The translations under genes were made by a program, and so were the position numbers. A stretch of 63,485 nucleotides of DNA, filler included, from Choristocarpus tenellus KU-1152 (lineage: Eukaryota > Protista > Phaeophyceae), in the NCBI GenBank assembly GCA_964200185.2. It is 13 parts of 13 records of this genome, joined end to end, with 100 filler letters (N's around TTAATTAATTAA, not from the genome) between each part and the next. Parts side by side here need not be neighbours in the genome. Positions count along the whole stretch, not along the records: positions 21,054 to 27,521 come from CAXNAD020008077.1; positions 27,622 to 34,224 come from CAXNAD020007772.1; positions 34,325 to 38,499 come from CAXNAD020015844.1; positions 38,600 to 42,404 come from CAXNAD020017827.1; 9 more parts are not named here. One strand, given 5' to 3'. The first letter of the stretch is position 1. Each line of letters starts with the position of its first letter. Below, one piece after another: positions 26,260-38,739 of the stretch. Below the pieces are notes generated by a model that was not told the DNA's origin, made no database searches, and saw only the letters and a list, made by a program, of their open reading frames with translations.

Positions 26260-27521
26260 GATCACTTGAGGCCCAGAGCTCGTGATTGCCTCGGCCATGT
26301 GCGCTTGGATGAATCCATCTGTTCCCACTGGAGCCCCCAATGTAACAAATCCACGTGGGTTCAGGTTCAGGTTGATTCCCGCTGTGGTTTGGAGGTCCAG
26401 TTCTGAGGGCGTGGATTGGTGGCCCTAGGGAGGTGCGGCAAAGGTCTTGTCCATGTTCAGGGCAATGCCTATCTCATGAGGATCAGTTTTAGCTGCTCGA
26501 AAGCAGCTATGGTGTTGAGGTTGATCTCCCTTGCCGAAATGGATGTGTCATCCAGATAGCTTAGGGAGGAAACCTCCTGTGGTCCAAAGGTAGACTGGAC
26601 CCGCTGAAGGTTGCCATGCAAATATAGGAGGGGGCCAAGGGGGTCCCCTTGTTGTGCCCCTGACCTTGATGGCAGTATCTTCATCTCTCCCTCATCCAGG
26701 GGGAAAAGGAGATTACAGGTGTTCCCATACACCTTGGATACGTAGAGCAGGAGTCCCGGTAGAGTCTCGGGGAGAGCCTTGATGAAGGTCGAGTGGCGTA
26801 CACTGTTGAAAGTGTTTCTTCCATCTAGGCTCTGATGACCCATTCACCACACTCATTTCTTAGGCAATGTCTAGGAGGGCATGCTCCACCCCGTTTGAAA
26901 CCTCTATGCGAAATTGTCCATTTCCGCCGAAATATTCTTTCTAGTAGGAATACCAGTCTGCAGAGAAAGCTGAAGCACATGTCCTTCTGAAGAAAAAACC
27001 ACAGGCAATCGGGTAACACTTCTCTCCAATTGCGGACAATATGGAGTTTGTATAGAACGTTCAAAACTCTGGAGATAGAGAGTCTGGGGAGGTGTATTGT
27101 AGCTCCCAGAGCTTTGCAAACGCCTTTGCCACTTCTTCATGACCAACATCTGTCGTGATGATTGATCTGATATGGCTGGGGTGCATCCCATTGGGGCCTG
27201 GTGAGTGAAAGTATCTTAGATAGAGGGTACGAGTTTTGCCCTGTTTGTCCGTTTGGGGCTCGGCTTCCCATGTACTTTTTATTACATTTTCCTACTCGGA
27301 AATGTTTCAGAGTGTGTAAAATATATGTCATGAAAAGGTGTGTCCTGAACAAGGATGTTGACACTTCCTAACAAACAAGATAGCCTAAATTACATAAAAT
27401 TCGCAACATCGGATTTGGCCCCCAAATGGATGCGGCTCTACTCTCTATGATACTTTGACTCTGGTGCAGAGGTACTGTTCACCCTCATGAAGGCCGTCCG
27501 CAGGGAGGTGGGGGTGTACTC
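26260..27521 (-). mobile_element. Non-LTR retrotransposon RT remnant (CRE-like), interrupted by a MITE
   Basis: SAP|GPNG, YPIACGFFFRR, GQF..VSNGVEH, LDGRNTFNSV, GAQQGDPLGPLL, YLDD, LNMDK, LGAPVG in order, with stops and frameshifts. Confidence 0.88.
27203..27461 (-). mobile_element. MITE family 1, full copy, 4-bp TSD TGGT, inside the LINE RT
   Basis: TGGT|GAGTGAAAGTATCTTAG...TACTTTGACTC|TGGT; removing it plus one TSD restores SAPGPNG. Confidence 0.93.
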
Positions 27522-27621
27522 NNNNNNNNNNNNNNNNNNNNNNNNNNNNNNNNNNNNNNNNNNNNTTAATTAATTAANNNNNNNNNNNNNNNNNNNNNNN
27601 NNNNNNNNNNNNNNNNNNNNN

Positions 27622-27667
27622 TGACCACAATTGGACTGCCGCTACCCCCTCCCAGATACTTTGAGAC
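27622..27667 (+). mobile_element. MITE family 2, right end at contig start
   Basis: TGGACTGCCGCTACCCCCTCCCAGATACTTTGAGAC matches the family-2 3' end. Confidence 0.7.
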
Positions 27668-27980
27668 AGCAAGTAAGCGTACATACACATGCGGACAAAA
27701 CGCGGGGAATATTGATTGGTACCATGGCATTTTGGATGCTGACGTTTTGACTTACAGAATGGTTCATTTTGTCGAATCTCAAAACACGACAACAGGAAGA
27801 ACTGTTACGAATCCATACAGGAAATAACGTTGAAAAAATCGAAGAAATTGATAGTAGTCTGCCGCCACTGACAGGTATGAGTCATGGTGAAATGAACCTC
27901 CAGTTCTTGGGATAAACGGTATTCTGAATGATATTCGTAAGGTCACTAGCAACTTCAACTGATCATATTTACACAGCAGT

Positions 27981-28238
27981 GAGCCAAAGTATCTTAGAGG
28001 TTAGAGCCGTGTCCATTTGGGAGCCAAAATCCAATGTTGCGATTTTGATGTAATTTTGGCTATTGTGTTTGTTAGGAACTGCCAATATCCTTATTCCAGA
28101 CACACCTTTTCATAATGTACATATTTTACCTACTCCGAAATACTTCTGAGTAGGAAAATGTCATAAAAACCCCGAGGGAAGCCAAGCCCAAAATGGACAA
28201 ACAGGGCAAAACTTGAACCCTCTAAGATACTTTCACTC
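27981..28238 (+). mobile_element. MITE family 1, full copy, apparent 3-bp TSD AGT
   Basis: AGT|GAGCCAAAGTATCTTAGAGG...CCCTCTAAGATACTTTCACTC|AGT. Confidence 0.92.
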
Positions 28239-29172
28239 AGTGACCAACCATGCATGAAAATGGTAGCAACTACACCACGTCCTTCCATAGTTTGCTCTAT
28301 GCTTGATGACGAGAGAGAGGACAGATAGTCGTATACATATTCATATGGCCCCCATTGATTGCAGTCCTTTGTCAAGAGATATATTTTTTTAATATATAAT
28401 TGTTGTTTAGTACTCGAGTAAATATATATTGAAGAATGTAAAATGTATAAATCAAAGTGTGGTCAGAGATATCATGATCAGAGATATCACGAACTCCAGG
28501 CTACCAATTTAATTTTAGCAAATGAGAAAATGTATGCTTTCTGATTGTTTATTCCCTGTTTGCTCTACATGGAAGGCATGTATCAAACCTATTCTTCATA
28601 GATAGATAGTATAGTATGCCGAAAAAATTATATGCAGCAATTATTACCATGAGAATGGAACTAATTTTTTCGAGATACGTATCATCATTCAAGACAAAGC
28701 AATAAGTATTTATGTACTGACAACAGGATGTGTCCATGTTTTCATGACAAAGTGTCGCTGTACGATCGAACACAGACAGAGTGGCAGCTTGAACCCCTTT
28801 GCAAACACTGCTTGCAGTGAGTTATGAAAATGACCGAGGTACATCCGTTTTTGTGCAAGGTCTAATCTTTGTTTTAGAGGTCTAACTAGTCTCGTGTAGG
28901 TTACTGAGTACTCTGCCCTGGGTAATATTACCCGCTTGTTTAACTGCAGATAGGTATTAAATATTTGTGGAATGTCGTTAATGTCACCACACTATACGGT
29001 GGACACATTTCGTCATGGTGGGGTTATTTAAGATCGATATGTAAATATAACAACAGAAGAAGAAGAGGCAGTAGAAGAGGGTTGTGTCTGTCTGCGTCAA
29101 CGAGGAAAACACAAAGATATTGGAAACAGTTCTAATAGGCAAAGAAGGCAGCAATAGTAGTAGCAGTACCAA

Positions 29173-29177
<5 letters not shown>

Positions 29178-29204
<27 letters not shown>
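29178..29204 (+). repeat. (GCA)n microsatellite
   Basis: About 9 consecutive GCA/CAG units. Confidence 0.9.
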
Positions 29205-29205
<1 letters not shown>

Positions 29206-30646
29206 TCTATATACTGTATAATAGTAGTAGTACGATATTAGCACTATTGTAGTGATGGATTATGATGTATCTATGTTTGATGTATCAGGGTGTACCAAGA
29301 AAAAATAGGAGGACCCTTCTAACGGGTAGGCCGCTAACTAAGCAGTTGAGGAAATTCCTGATTTTTGGAAAATCTGGGTTTGGCAAAGTGGCATAATATG
29401 TACGGCATTGTTGTGTTACTGACGGCTGCTTATGGTGTACAAAAAACGACTCAACAAAATTGTAGAGGTCATCAGTAACTGTGGTAGTTTCTGTATGGTC
29501 TTTTCGTACCCCCAGCTAAATAACTGAAACTATCTCTACTTTAGAACTTTGGGTTGTATCAAGGATTCGCAATGCAAATTACCATTGGAAACAACTACTA
29601 AATACCTTTTCCGAGTACTACTCAACAAGATTTAAATCGTGAAGATAATGAGACTGAACTTGCTGAAACAAACCTCATTCATTCTATCCGCATCATTTTA
29701 ATAATATCTCTATTCAGAACGCGAAATTAGTGAGTAGGCGTAACCATCAGCCTCGGAATTAATTTTCTAGGTACTCTAATAAAATATAATTTCTGCGAGA
29801 GTAGTGCAACAGATTGTCACACTCGCTATATTATCTCAAGACCCATGTTTTTAGTGCACTTACCAAAAAAAAGTTGCCCAAGTAATGGAGGGATGAAGTC
29901 GTATGGTAGACACAGTGTCAATGTGTCGGAGCAAGTTGTGTTCGCCTATCAAACTGTATCAACTACCGTGTGGAAGGCTTCTCCGACTTGTATGGGGGTT
30001 GTGCTTTAACGGATTGCTGAAATTGATGAGTCCAACTGGGCGTACACTTCAAATGGAACCCAATGGTGACCACCCCCCACTCTAATTCGTCCTGTGAAAG
30101 GATAACATTGAGCCAAACCAACCGAGAGGTAGGCAGGATTATATTTTAAGAATCCCCAGAAAGGGCAGAAAGTCACCTTTTTGTAATATTAATTACCGAA
30201 GAGCTTTGGTTAATTGCGGTGTCTCTTTGTGTATGTTAAGGGGGAATCAATATCAATTTTCCGCACACTATTGAGCATTCGAAAGCAATGAAATAAGAAC
30301 AGTGTATTGCTCAGGGTAACAAAGATGGCTCACAATGCAAAGGGATTCAAACCTGCCTGCCTCTTAATCGGCTCGGCTCATTTTAGTGAGTGTACGTATT
30401 GTCACTTTGTTCTGAATGGTGCTAATAGTACTATATACTCAAGTACCAGAAGGTAACGTTACATTATAATAATCGCTTGGAATATGAAAAATGGATGGTT
30501 TCATGCCTTCACTGTATATTGTGTATGTTCTTTTTAAGCTTCCCTCTTCTTCCAAGTACTCCAATATCTACTATTATTACTGTTCTCAACGATACAACAA
30601 GCCCTGCATTTTTTTATTCTACAAAAGAGGATGCAGCAAGGATACC

Positions 30647-33134
30647 TATGTAGGAGCTCCATCTCGAATGCCCACGCTAAATACGACAACTGACAGGACA
30701 TCATCTCTCGAGACATATCCTCTGTGTACTCAAGGGGCAAACCGCAACCCAAATGGGGAGGCCACGCATCCGTGATCAATCGGCAACAATCCTCTGCCCT
30801 TCTTGTCCTGCAGTGTGGCGAACACAACAGCATTCAACATCGTCACCAAACAAGCACGTGATAGGCAGGGAAGACACAGCCCCTTGAGCTGCAACACTCT
30901 CCACTCTGATTCGCCCCACAACAGAAGAAGCTGCAGAAATTCTCATGACCTAGCTAACGACTCCTCTCCCAGGGTTGAATCGGAGGTTTCTCATCTGCAC
31001 CGAATTTGCAGCTACAGATGTCCACCCCACAAAGCAAAGAGCACAACAGTTACCCAACACAGAAGGTAACAAAAGTACACCAGTTGCAAGCAACTTGTGC
31101 TCCAATTCAACCATTCCAAAGGAGGATTAACTGATAATAAAGCCAAACAAAACAACTCTTCGAATACACAAACCAAAACAGAAATCGGATGCAAACATTG
31201 CAGTCTCCATTAAGCCCACCAATCAATCGATTGAATGCCTCCAATGGGTATCAGGCAATGCATTCCTGTATATGAACTAAAATCTGACCCCACACAAACA
31301 CACCGTTAACCCCCTCCTCCTCTCCCCGATCAGCAGCACTGCACTCCTCCATTCCTCCCGCCCTTCTTTCTCTATCTCGTCTACAAAGTTGCTCTGCATC
31401 CCATCTCCTCCCCCCCCAAAAATTACCCACTGAGCCCATCTAGTGAGAGTGAGGGAATCATGAAAAAGAGGACAAGCAGTCTCCTGCTTCAAAACCAAGT
31501 CCACATAAAGAACTACCATCAAAAGGAGTGAGAGTAGGTAGCTCTTGGGGGGATGCAACGCACTAGTGTATGAAATGCTACCTCTATATCATTCAAATGA
31601 CATCTAATACCCACCACCTTTAAACTTCTTACGAAAACCCTCACATAGTGTAATGAGTCGATTCCTTAACCCATTCTACAAAAACATGTATATTCATGTG
31701 TATAGCAGCACCTCCCGCAAAACGCCGAGATTGTCAACACAACAACATTTACCTCTCACCATCAAACTGTTCTTTTTTCTTGTCTCTTTGGCTTATTCGA
31801 ACACGCCATCCACTACCTTCAACCCTCATAGAAGAGAGGCGAGATTCCCTCGCCTACCAAAAAAAAACTATGCACAAAAAACGCCTCCCACAATTTTCTA
31901 CAATTCATCTCAAATTTTATGTACTCAGATGGAACAAACAAACCCTGAGCAGACAACCTCCCGCTCTTTACCCCCCACAAACCACACAACAAACACATTC
32001 ATCCACACACACACACACACACACACACACTCAGTTCTATTTTGGCCTCCCAGAGACTAGACAAACAGGGGGCTATGACATTTTTCGAGGCATTGTGTGG
32101 TAGAGCACCCAGTCACTGAGGTGTTGGATGGCCAGCTCCGGGCAGTTGCTCAAAAGGCTGTGGCGCATGCCGCACATTGGCTTCAACTCTCTGCTTCCAA
32201 GCACAACAAACCAGCATGCGTCGAGATAGCCGTGAGCGATCATCAGAGGGGCCAAGAAGGAGGGTGTGAAGCATAGAACGGCACTGCAACTGTCAGTCGC
32301 CAATGCTTGGTGTGATTTCATTTCCTTACAGCCTTACTACAACACAAAACGCCTACTACATGTATTTATATTTATATATTTATTTATTTATATATATATA
32401 TGTAAGTCGATATCTACAGAACTGGTTGTTACAATCATTTTTTTTTCCAGCTACTTGGAACCAATTGTAACGGAAGCAGCGAGCACACCTCCGCCAAGGT
32501 GGCAACCAATAGTAGAAGTCTGTTTCCCCTGATTTTTTTATCCTTTGGGAAGCAAAGAGCTCTTGTTCTGCCCACTCATACACAAGCAGAGTAAGGCACA
32601 AGTAGGTTCACTCAGTACCCTCCCTCGCAGAGACAGACAAGCACATACTGATACCTCAAAGGAAAAAGAACATAAAACAAAAAAAAGGTAAAAAAAATGA
32701 CACTACCGACTGCCAAAACATTTTTTTAAAATAATAATAATAAAAAAGATGGTGCTCTAAATGCACTACACTCCGTTACCAACGATCTGGATCCCTAGTC
32801 ATCTAATGAAAAAACAAAACAAAGAATCGCCTTTCCCAATTCAAGTAAAACCAAAACCTTAGCCATCAAGGATTTCTTTTTTTGTTGTTGTTGTAAATTT
32901 TCATCCATTGACATCTCGAACCTATGTATTGAAACCTACAGAGTGACCGCGAACAAGTACATCACACTTTTTACAGTTCCCTTACACCCACTCAAGCTAC
33001 TCCAAAACACACCCTACAAAATCTATACAGAAAATTGTCCCAGGGATACAAGATCACAAGTCAGTGAGCTCGACAGGATTAGCCTCTGCACAATGCACAA
33101 ACAAACCACACAGCTTGAATATAAAATGGGATAA

Positions 33135-33203
<69 letters not shown>

Positions 33204-33632
33204 TGTTTGGGGGTTCTGTACAGAGGGACTTGATCAAAAACTTGAGGCTTCAATTCTGGTCCCCAGGAGGTCCTTAGAAATATTCCTATCACAGCCCACA
33301 ATAACAGAACATGGGGCAGAGGAGGTGACTGAGGAGGATAATGAAGTACATACCACAGGTAACCCTAACCCTACCTGGATCGAGGAGATACAGGAGGCGT
33401 CTTTGCTTGACTTGTCAACTCCTTAGATGGGCCAAACTGCACAATACCTTTTTTCAACAAGAGCAGAAACATTAGGAGTGGGGGGGGGGGGGGGGGGGGG
33501 GGAGGGCGAGAGGAAGGGAGAAAAAAGAAAGGGGTTGAGGAGGGGGACAACCTGTAAGGCAGAANNNNNNNNNNGGGGGGGGGGGGGGTTCCGTATTCGG
33601 CTGCCGCGACGGTTCTGACGCGGCAACGGGAA

Positions 33633-33679
<47 letters not shown>

Positions 33680-33942
33680 AGGTAGTCAGGGCAAGAGGAG
33701 AAACATGAATAGTTTCAGTAAGGGTCAATACCTGTATCTAAATATCCACTCGTTCATGAACAGAGCATGGTTTGCTCCCTACTTGATATAGCTCCACACC
33801 ACCAAATCATCTACCAAAACCTCTTCAACTATATTCATTGTTCAGCTGTAATCAGCTACACCATATCAAAATACACATTGTTGCTTCCTTCCAGTTGATT
33901 TTCTTTCCCTCTGAAATCTCCATCAACAATCTTCAATGTAAC

Positions 33943-33983
<41 letters not shown>

Positions 33984-34039
33984 CCCAGGGACCTGATCTT
34001 GATATTCAAGCAAGTGCTCTGGAGTAATACAAAAAGCGC
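30647..34039 (-). CDS. Probable multi-exon gene(s), product unknown
   Basis: AG/GT-bounded open segments at ~30647-30808 (TRRAEDCCRLITDAWPPHLGCG..MELLH), ~33375-33421 (VDKSSKDASCISSIQ), ~33732-33778 (GANHALFMNEWIFRY) and ~33990-34039; no recognisable domain and connectivity unproven. Confidence 0.3.
33135..33205 (+). repeat. (TG)n microsatellite
   Basis: ~70-bp TG run; shorter TG/AT/AG runs occur elsewhere (e.g. 9650, 11060, 33945, 37592). Confidence 0.95.
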
Positions 34040-34324
34040 TGAAGGAGTTCAATCTCCAAACTCAAGCAACCACTACAGAAGTCGTATGACTACAATCCCA
34101 CACCCTCCCCCCCTCCAAAACCCTTCACAGCATCATCCTCCAAGACCACCCAGTGACAATATCTCTCACCCCGCCTCCCAGGTGTTCCTCAATCGCCCCC
34201 AATTCTACACAATAATCCCCCCCCNNNNNNNNNNNNNNNNNNNNNNNNNNNNNNNNNNNNNNNNNNNNTTAATTAATTAANNNNNNNNNNNNNNNNNNNN
34301 NNNNNNNNNNNNNNNNNNNNNNNN

Positions 34325-37167
34325 GAGGTGTATGGATCACCATCAAGTGGTACCCGCTGGCCCATCCTCCCTTGGTACAGCTGGAGGGGGGGGTTGTCAT
34401 CTCCACCAGATGCTCGGCCTGCTCCACTGTTGGTGCTTTGGCCTGGTGGTCGTGATGTTACTGGCTGCGCCCATACAGAAGGCGGACTCTGCTGATTTGC
34501 CTGCCCTGACCCTCTCTTTTCTGATGAGGACTGTTCTGCTGAATCTGCCCCCTCTCGGCGTGGAGTAAGCCACTGTAGCGAAACAGAAGAGGTCTTCTCC
34601 CTAGATGATGAGGCCGATGTGGTCGCCTCTGTCCCCTTAGACAAAACCTGCACTTGCACCTGACCCTGCCCTTGCCTTGACCCTCTCTGCTCAGACCCTT
34701 CATCATGGGAACTGGAATTGGTACTAGGCTGGGGCTGCTTCTGGTCATGCTCTGACTCTTGCTCTTCCTTCACCTCTGCAACATCTCCATTAATCCCAGA
34801 ACTTTTCCTCATCTCATGTTGCAGACTATGCCCAACAACATCCCCAATAGGACCACTTCCCTCATGCTCACCAGCCTCAAGCCTTCTTGCAGCCTCCCTC
34901 TCCCTCTCCCTCTCTTTCTCCATCTCCTGCCGCCTCCTATAAGGATCATCCCGTCCATAGCCCCCGTGATCATAGCCCAAGCTACCTCCCCCTCCCCTAC
35001 TCCCACCATAACCCTGAGCTGCTGCGTCTTTCTCCCTCTGCTTATAGGGATCCAAAGTTGTCATCATGCTCCGCCGGTGATCTTCCCCATGGTCCCTACG
35101 TTCAGTCAGGCTGGTACCACCAACCCCTCCCCATTGACTGTATCCTCCAGATCTGGACTCCCCTGTACCTCGACCTTTCTCCCCCCCTCGCCCCCCAGAC
35201 TCTGATTCTACCTCTGTGCCAATGCTACTTTGATGTGACCTCTCATCACTACTCCTTGCTGCCATTGACTTGTCCTCTTCCTCCTTAGTCACTGCATTAC
35301 GTTCAAGCTCAACACTGTGCTGCTTAGCCTTTACATCATCCCTCTCCCTCCGTTCCCTGTGCTCTTTTTCCATCCTTAGTCGATCTAGTTCCATGCGTGC
35401 ACGCAGGGCAGCACCTCTCTCCACCTTTCATATGTTGTAGGCAGGGGGGGGGGAGGTAGGTGGAGGAATCTGTTGGAAGGTTGTGAAGTGCGGCACATGG
35501 AGTGGATGGTTCTTGATCACCCTTGACAACTAGCAAAAAACACAGGTTCTGTTAGAAAAAAATCTATCCTGGTCAGGTCCGGAGGATATTCCTACACATG
35601 TGCATGAAGGCCATTATGTCAAATACTCGGAGTCTCCAATTCGGGTATTATGTCACTTGCCTATGAAGCACTTGTGCCTTCTTACCTTGACATCAATCAT
35701 ACGACTGCAACAATGAACAGCATTAGTTTCCATGGAATAAGTTTTAAATGATGAGCACAGGTCTAACCAAACTGTTACTGGTGTGATACGCTGAGGTGTC
35801 AACTAAGAGACCTCTTCAAGCAGGTCCATGATGGACAGCACAAGCTCACCACCAAACAACATTTTGGCAACAGGTTCCTTCACATCATCAAAGGAACAAA
35901 GGTACTTGTTATGCCTATTCTTGCCTTTTCACGCCTCTCTCCTAAAAGGCAAGAAGGCCTTTACTGCACACAACGCAAACAAAACACGTACCACAAAAAA
36001 AATATGATACACCAACTCCTCTCTCTGCAGACATCTATTCCACAGCCATACATATTAGCTTCCCTTCCAACCTGACCTTTACCAAAACGCTAATATGGTT
36101 GGTGCAAATATGGTATCAAGGCTTTTCACCTCGTCGCTCTTTTCTGCCATCAAGCGTTCCCTCTCTGCAACCCGCCTTGCCCTTCTTGCCTCCTCCTCTG
36201 CCGTGGGTGCAGATGGCCCCATCGCTGAGATCGGCTGTCCTGTCCTGCCAGAAGACAAGTGCCTCCCTCCATCACCCATACCCGACGCATATGGATCTGC
36301 TGGAGTTGAAGAAGGAACATAGCCACCCCCACCCCTAGTCCCACTGCTGAATCCTCCACCCCTTGGTTCCCGATCATGGTCTCGATCTCTTCCCCAGTCT
36401 CGATCTCGATCGCGCTCTCTATCCCTATCCCTAGTCCAATCACGTAACCCCCGGTCTCTGCCACCAAAATCCCGGTCCCGGTCCCGGTCCCATTCTCCCC
36501 GACCTCTTCCTTCCCATCCTCCATACCCATAACCTCGGGAGTCACCACTGTAGTTTGGACTGTGCCCATGACCCCCAGGCCCACCAAAGCCCCCTTGCAC
36601 GTGAGACCCACTTCGTTCATCCACTCGCATACCATTCCCAACACCTCCTGGTCCTCCACCAGTTCCACTCCTAGGTCCCGATCCTGGACCAGGCCCTGGT
36701 CGAGGTCTGAACATACCTCTGGAACCTGAAGGAGGCGTGAGAGAGGGTGCAGGAGGGTCATAACTGTCTTGCATTTCTCCTGACATTCCCCCGCGCCCAG
36801 GACCAAGGCTGGGGCTTGAGGTGGGGCGATCATCACCACCAGACAAAGAGATGCCCCCTCCTGTTCCAGCTCCAGTTCCGGCTGCACCACTAGCACCCAC
36901 ACTTGGGTGGGTTGTGGTACACGGATCTTGGGCACCTGACTTTGAGTCTACACCCATGGCACCTGATACACAGAGCGATTGCAAGCGATCAGATTGAGGA
37001 AAGTGACAAAAGATAGTTCTGTCTATCGCTAGTTGTAACTGTTACCAGAGATCCCAACTATACAATAAGAAACACGCACAAAGTACACGCTAGCACATAC
37101 CTGCAAGAAGGATCTCAGCAACCCCGACAGCTACTTCGAGGGGGGAGAGGGGGGTTGGTTTGTAACC
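34325..37167 (-). CDS. Large disordered Gly/Arg/Asp-rich protein with RD/RE dipeptide tracts and coiled coils (partial)
   Basis: Exons ~37167-37101, 36962-36130 and 35424-34325 join in phase (..MAEKSDE|VERGAALRARMELDRL..); >600 open codons; DRDRDRD tracts. Confidence 0.8.
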
Positions 37168-37588
37168 TCTTGCATGTAGAGCATGTAGAGGATCAAACAC
37201 AAAAATAATGATGGATCTACACAAGTGTGACTAACCTGTTTACCATAGGCTTTTCAAGACCAGGAATAGTCCGAGCCAAAAAATGTAGGAAGGACAAAAG
37301 GGTGGCATACAGTCTGGTGATCCTAGACTCTGGATTATCAACCCATCAACTACAAAAAATGTACCCAAATGGAGTCCTCTGTCCCCTCTCAATAATACAA
37401 CTATGGCAATTACCATTACATACTCCCAGCAGCCTTGAACCGTGCACTGTCAGCACCCAAGAACCCCTCCTTGAAAAAGAGCATAGGACCCAAAATGGAC
37501 AGCCCACCTCCAGACCAAGCCAGAGTCGATAAAAACAGACTCTCACACACTCAGCTCGTAAATCAAATGTAACTGAACACCACTTCAT

Positions 37589-37626
<38 letters not shown>

Positions 37627-38739
37627 GAGACACATCATCAGATCTCTGCATGTACCACTTACCTCAAGGTACAACCACCTAAATTGCCTTTCTAAAGGAG
37701 ACAGCCAATACACACCACATCAAAACTCCCCCAGTCGATAAAGACTTGAGTCACTGTCCCCCCTCATCATGCCTATTCTCCAAAAAACCATATACTCCCA
37801 CCAAAAATCATGCCACAAACCGACCCACCAAAAAAATAAGGATCATTACTGAACTCAACCTTCTCGCTGAAACGAACTTATTGTAGAGACAAAAAATTTC
37901 AATGGGATTGATTTGTTTGAACTTGAAAAAAATAAATATATATATATCGCCATCAATAGAACAGTTACACACTATTGAAAATCACCATGGTTAACCAAAA
38001 TTCAAATTTTCAAGAATTTTCAATCGTATTAAAATCTTATTTTGACACGAGAGTTTTCTTCTTGTGTACATTGACAATGACAATAATCTTACTAAATCAA
38101 TACCGACACAAAACACCACTAAAACATTGCTCCCAGAACTCAAAAAGTTACAGGAAGCATTTCGGTTTTTGAGAAGTGCACAGTGACCTAGTTAAGCTCA
38201 AATCTCAGGCTCAACACAATACTTTTTCAGGGGACATTTATTAGCATTGGCATATATCATTCATCATCACACAATCATATCACGAATGCATCAGTTAGTG
38301 TATTCCTGGTCAGATCAACTGTTACACACTACTTACCCATTGCACCACGCGGGCGCAGCGGCTGGGGCTTCTCTGCCTTTGGAGTACCTCCCATCTCAAG
38401 TGGGAAGTCACTATCCTTAAGGACATGCCCTCCAACACCCCCTGACCCTCCCCCAGCCCCACCACCCGGTCCAGATCCTACCCTTCCCCTACCAAACCCN
38501 NNNNNNNNNNNNNNNNNNNNNNNNNNNNNNNNNNNNNNNNNNNTTAATTAATTAANNNNNNNNNNNNNNNNNNNNNNNNNNNNNNNNNNNNNNNNNNNNC
38601 ACCCCGCCCTCTGAGTTGGAGAAGGAAGATTGCATTGTCGAGAGGAAGTAAAGCAATAAGAGCACCACTTATTTTGCTTGCAAAAACTTGAAAGCAAGAC
38701 AAAAGTGATGCACATGCTCCGTGGTGCACTGGACTCTCA

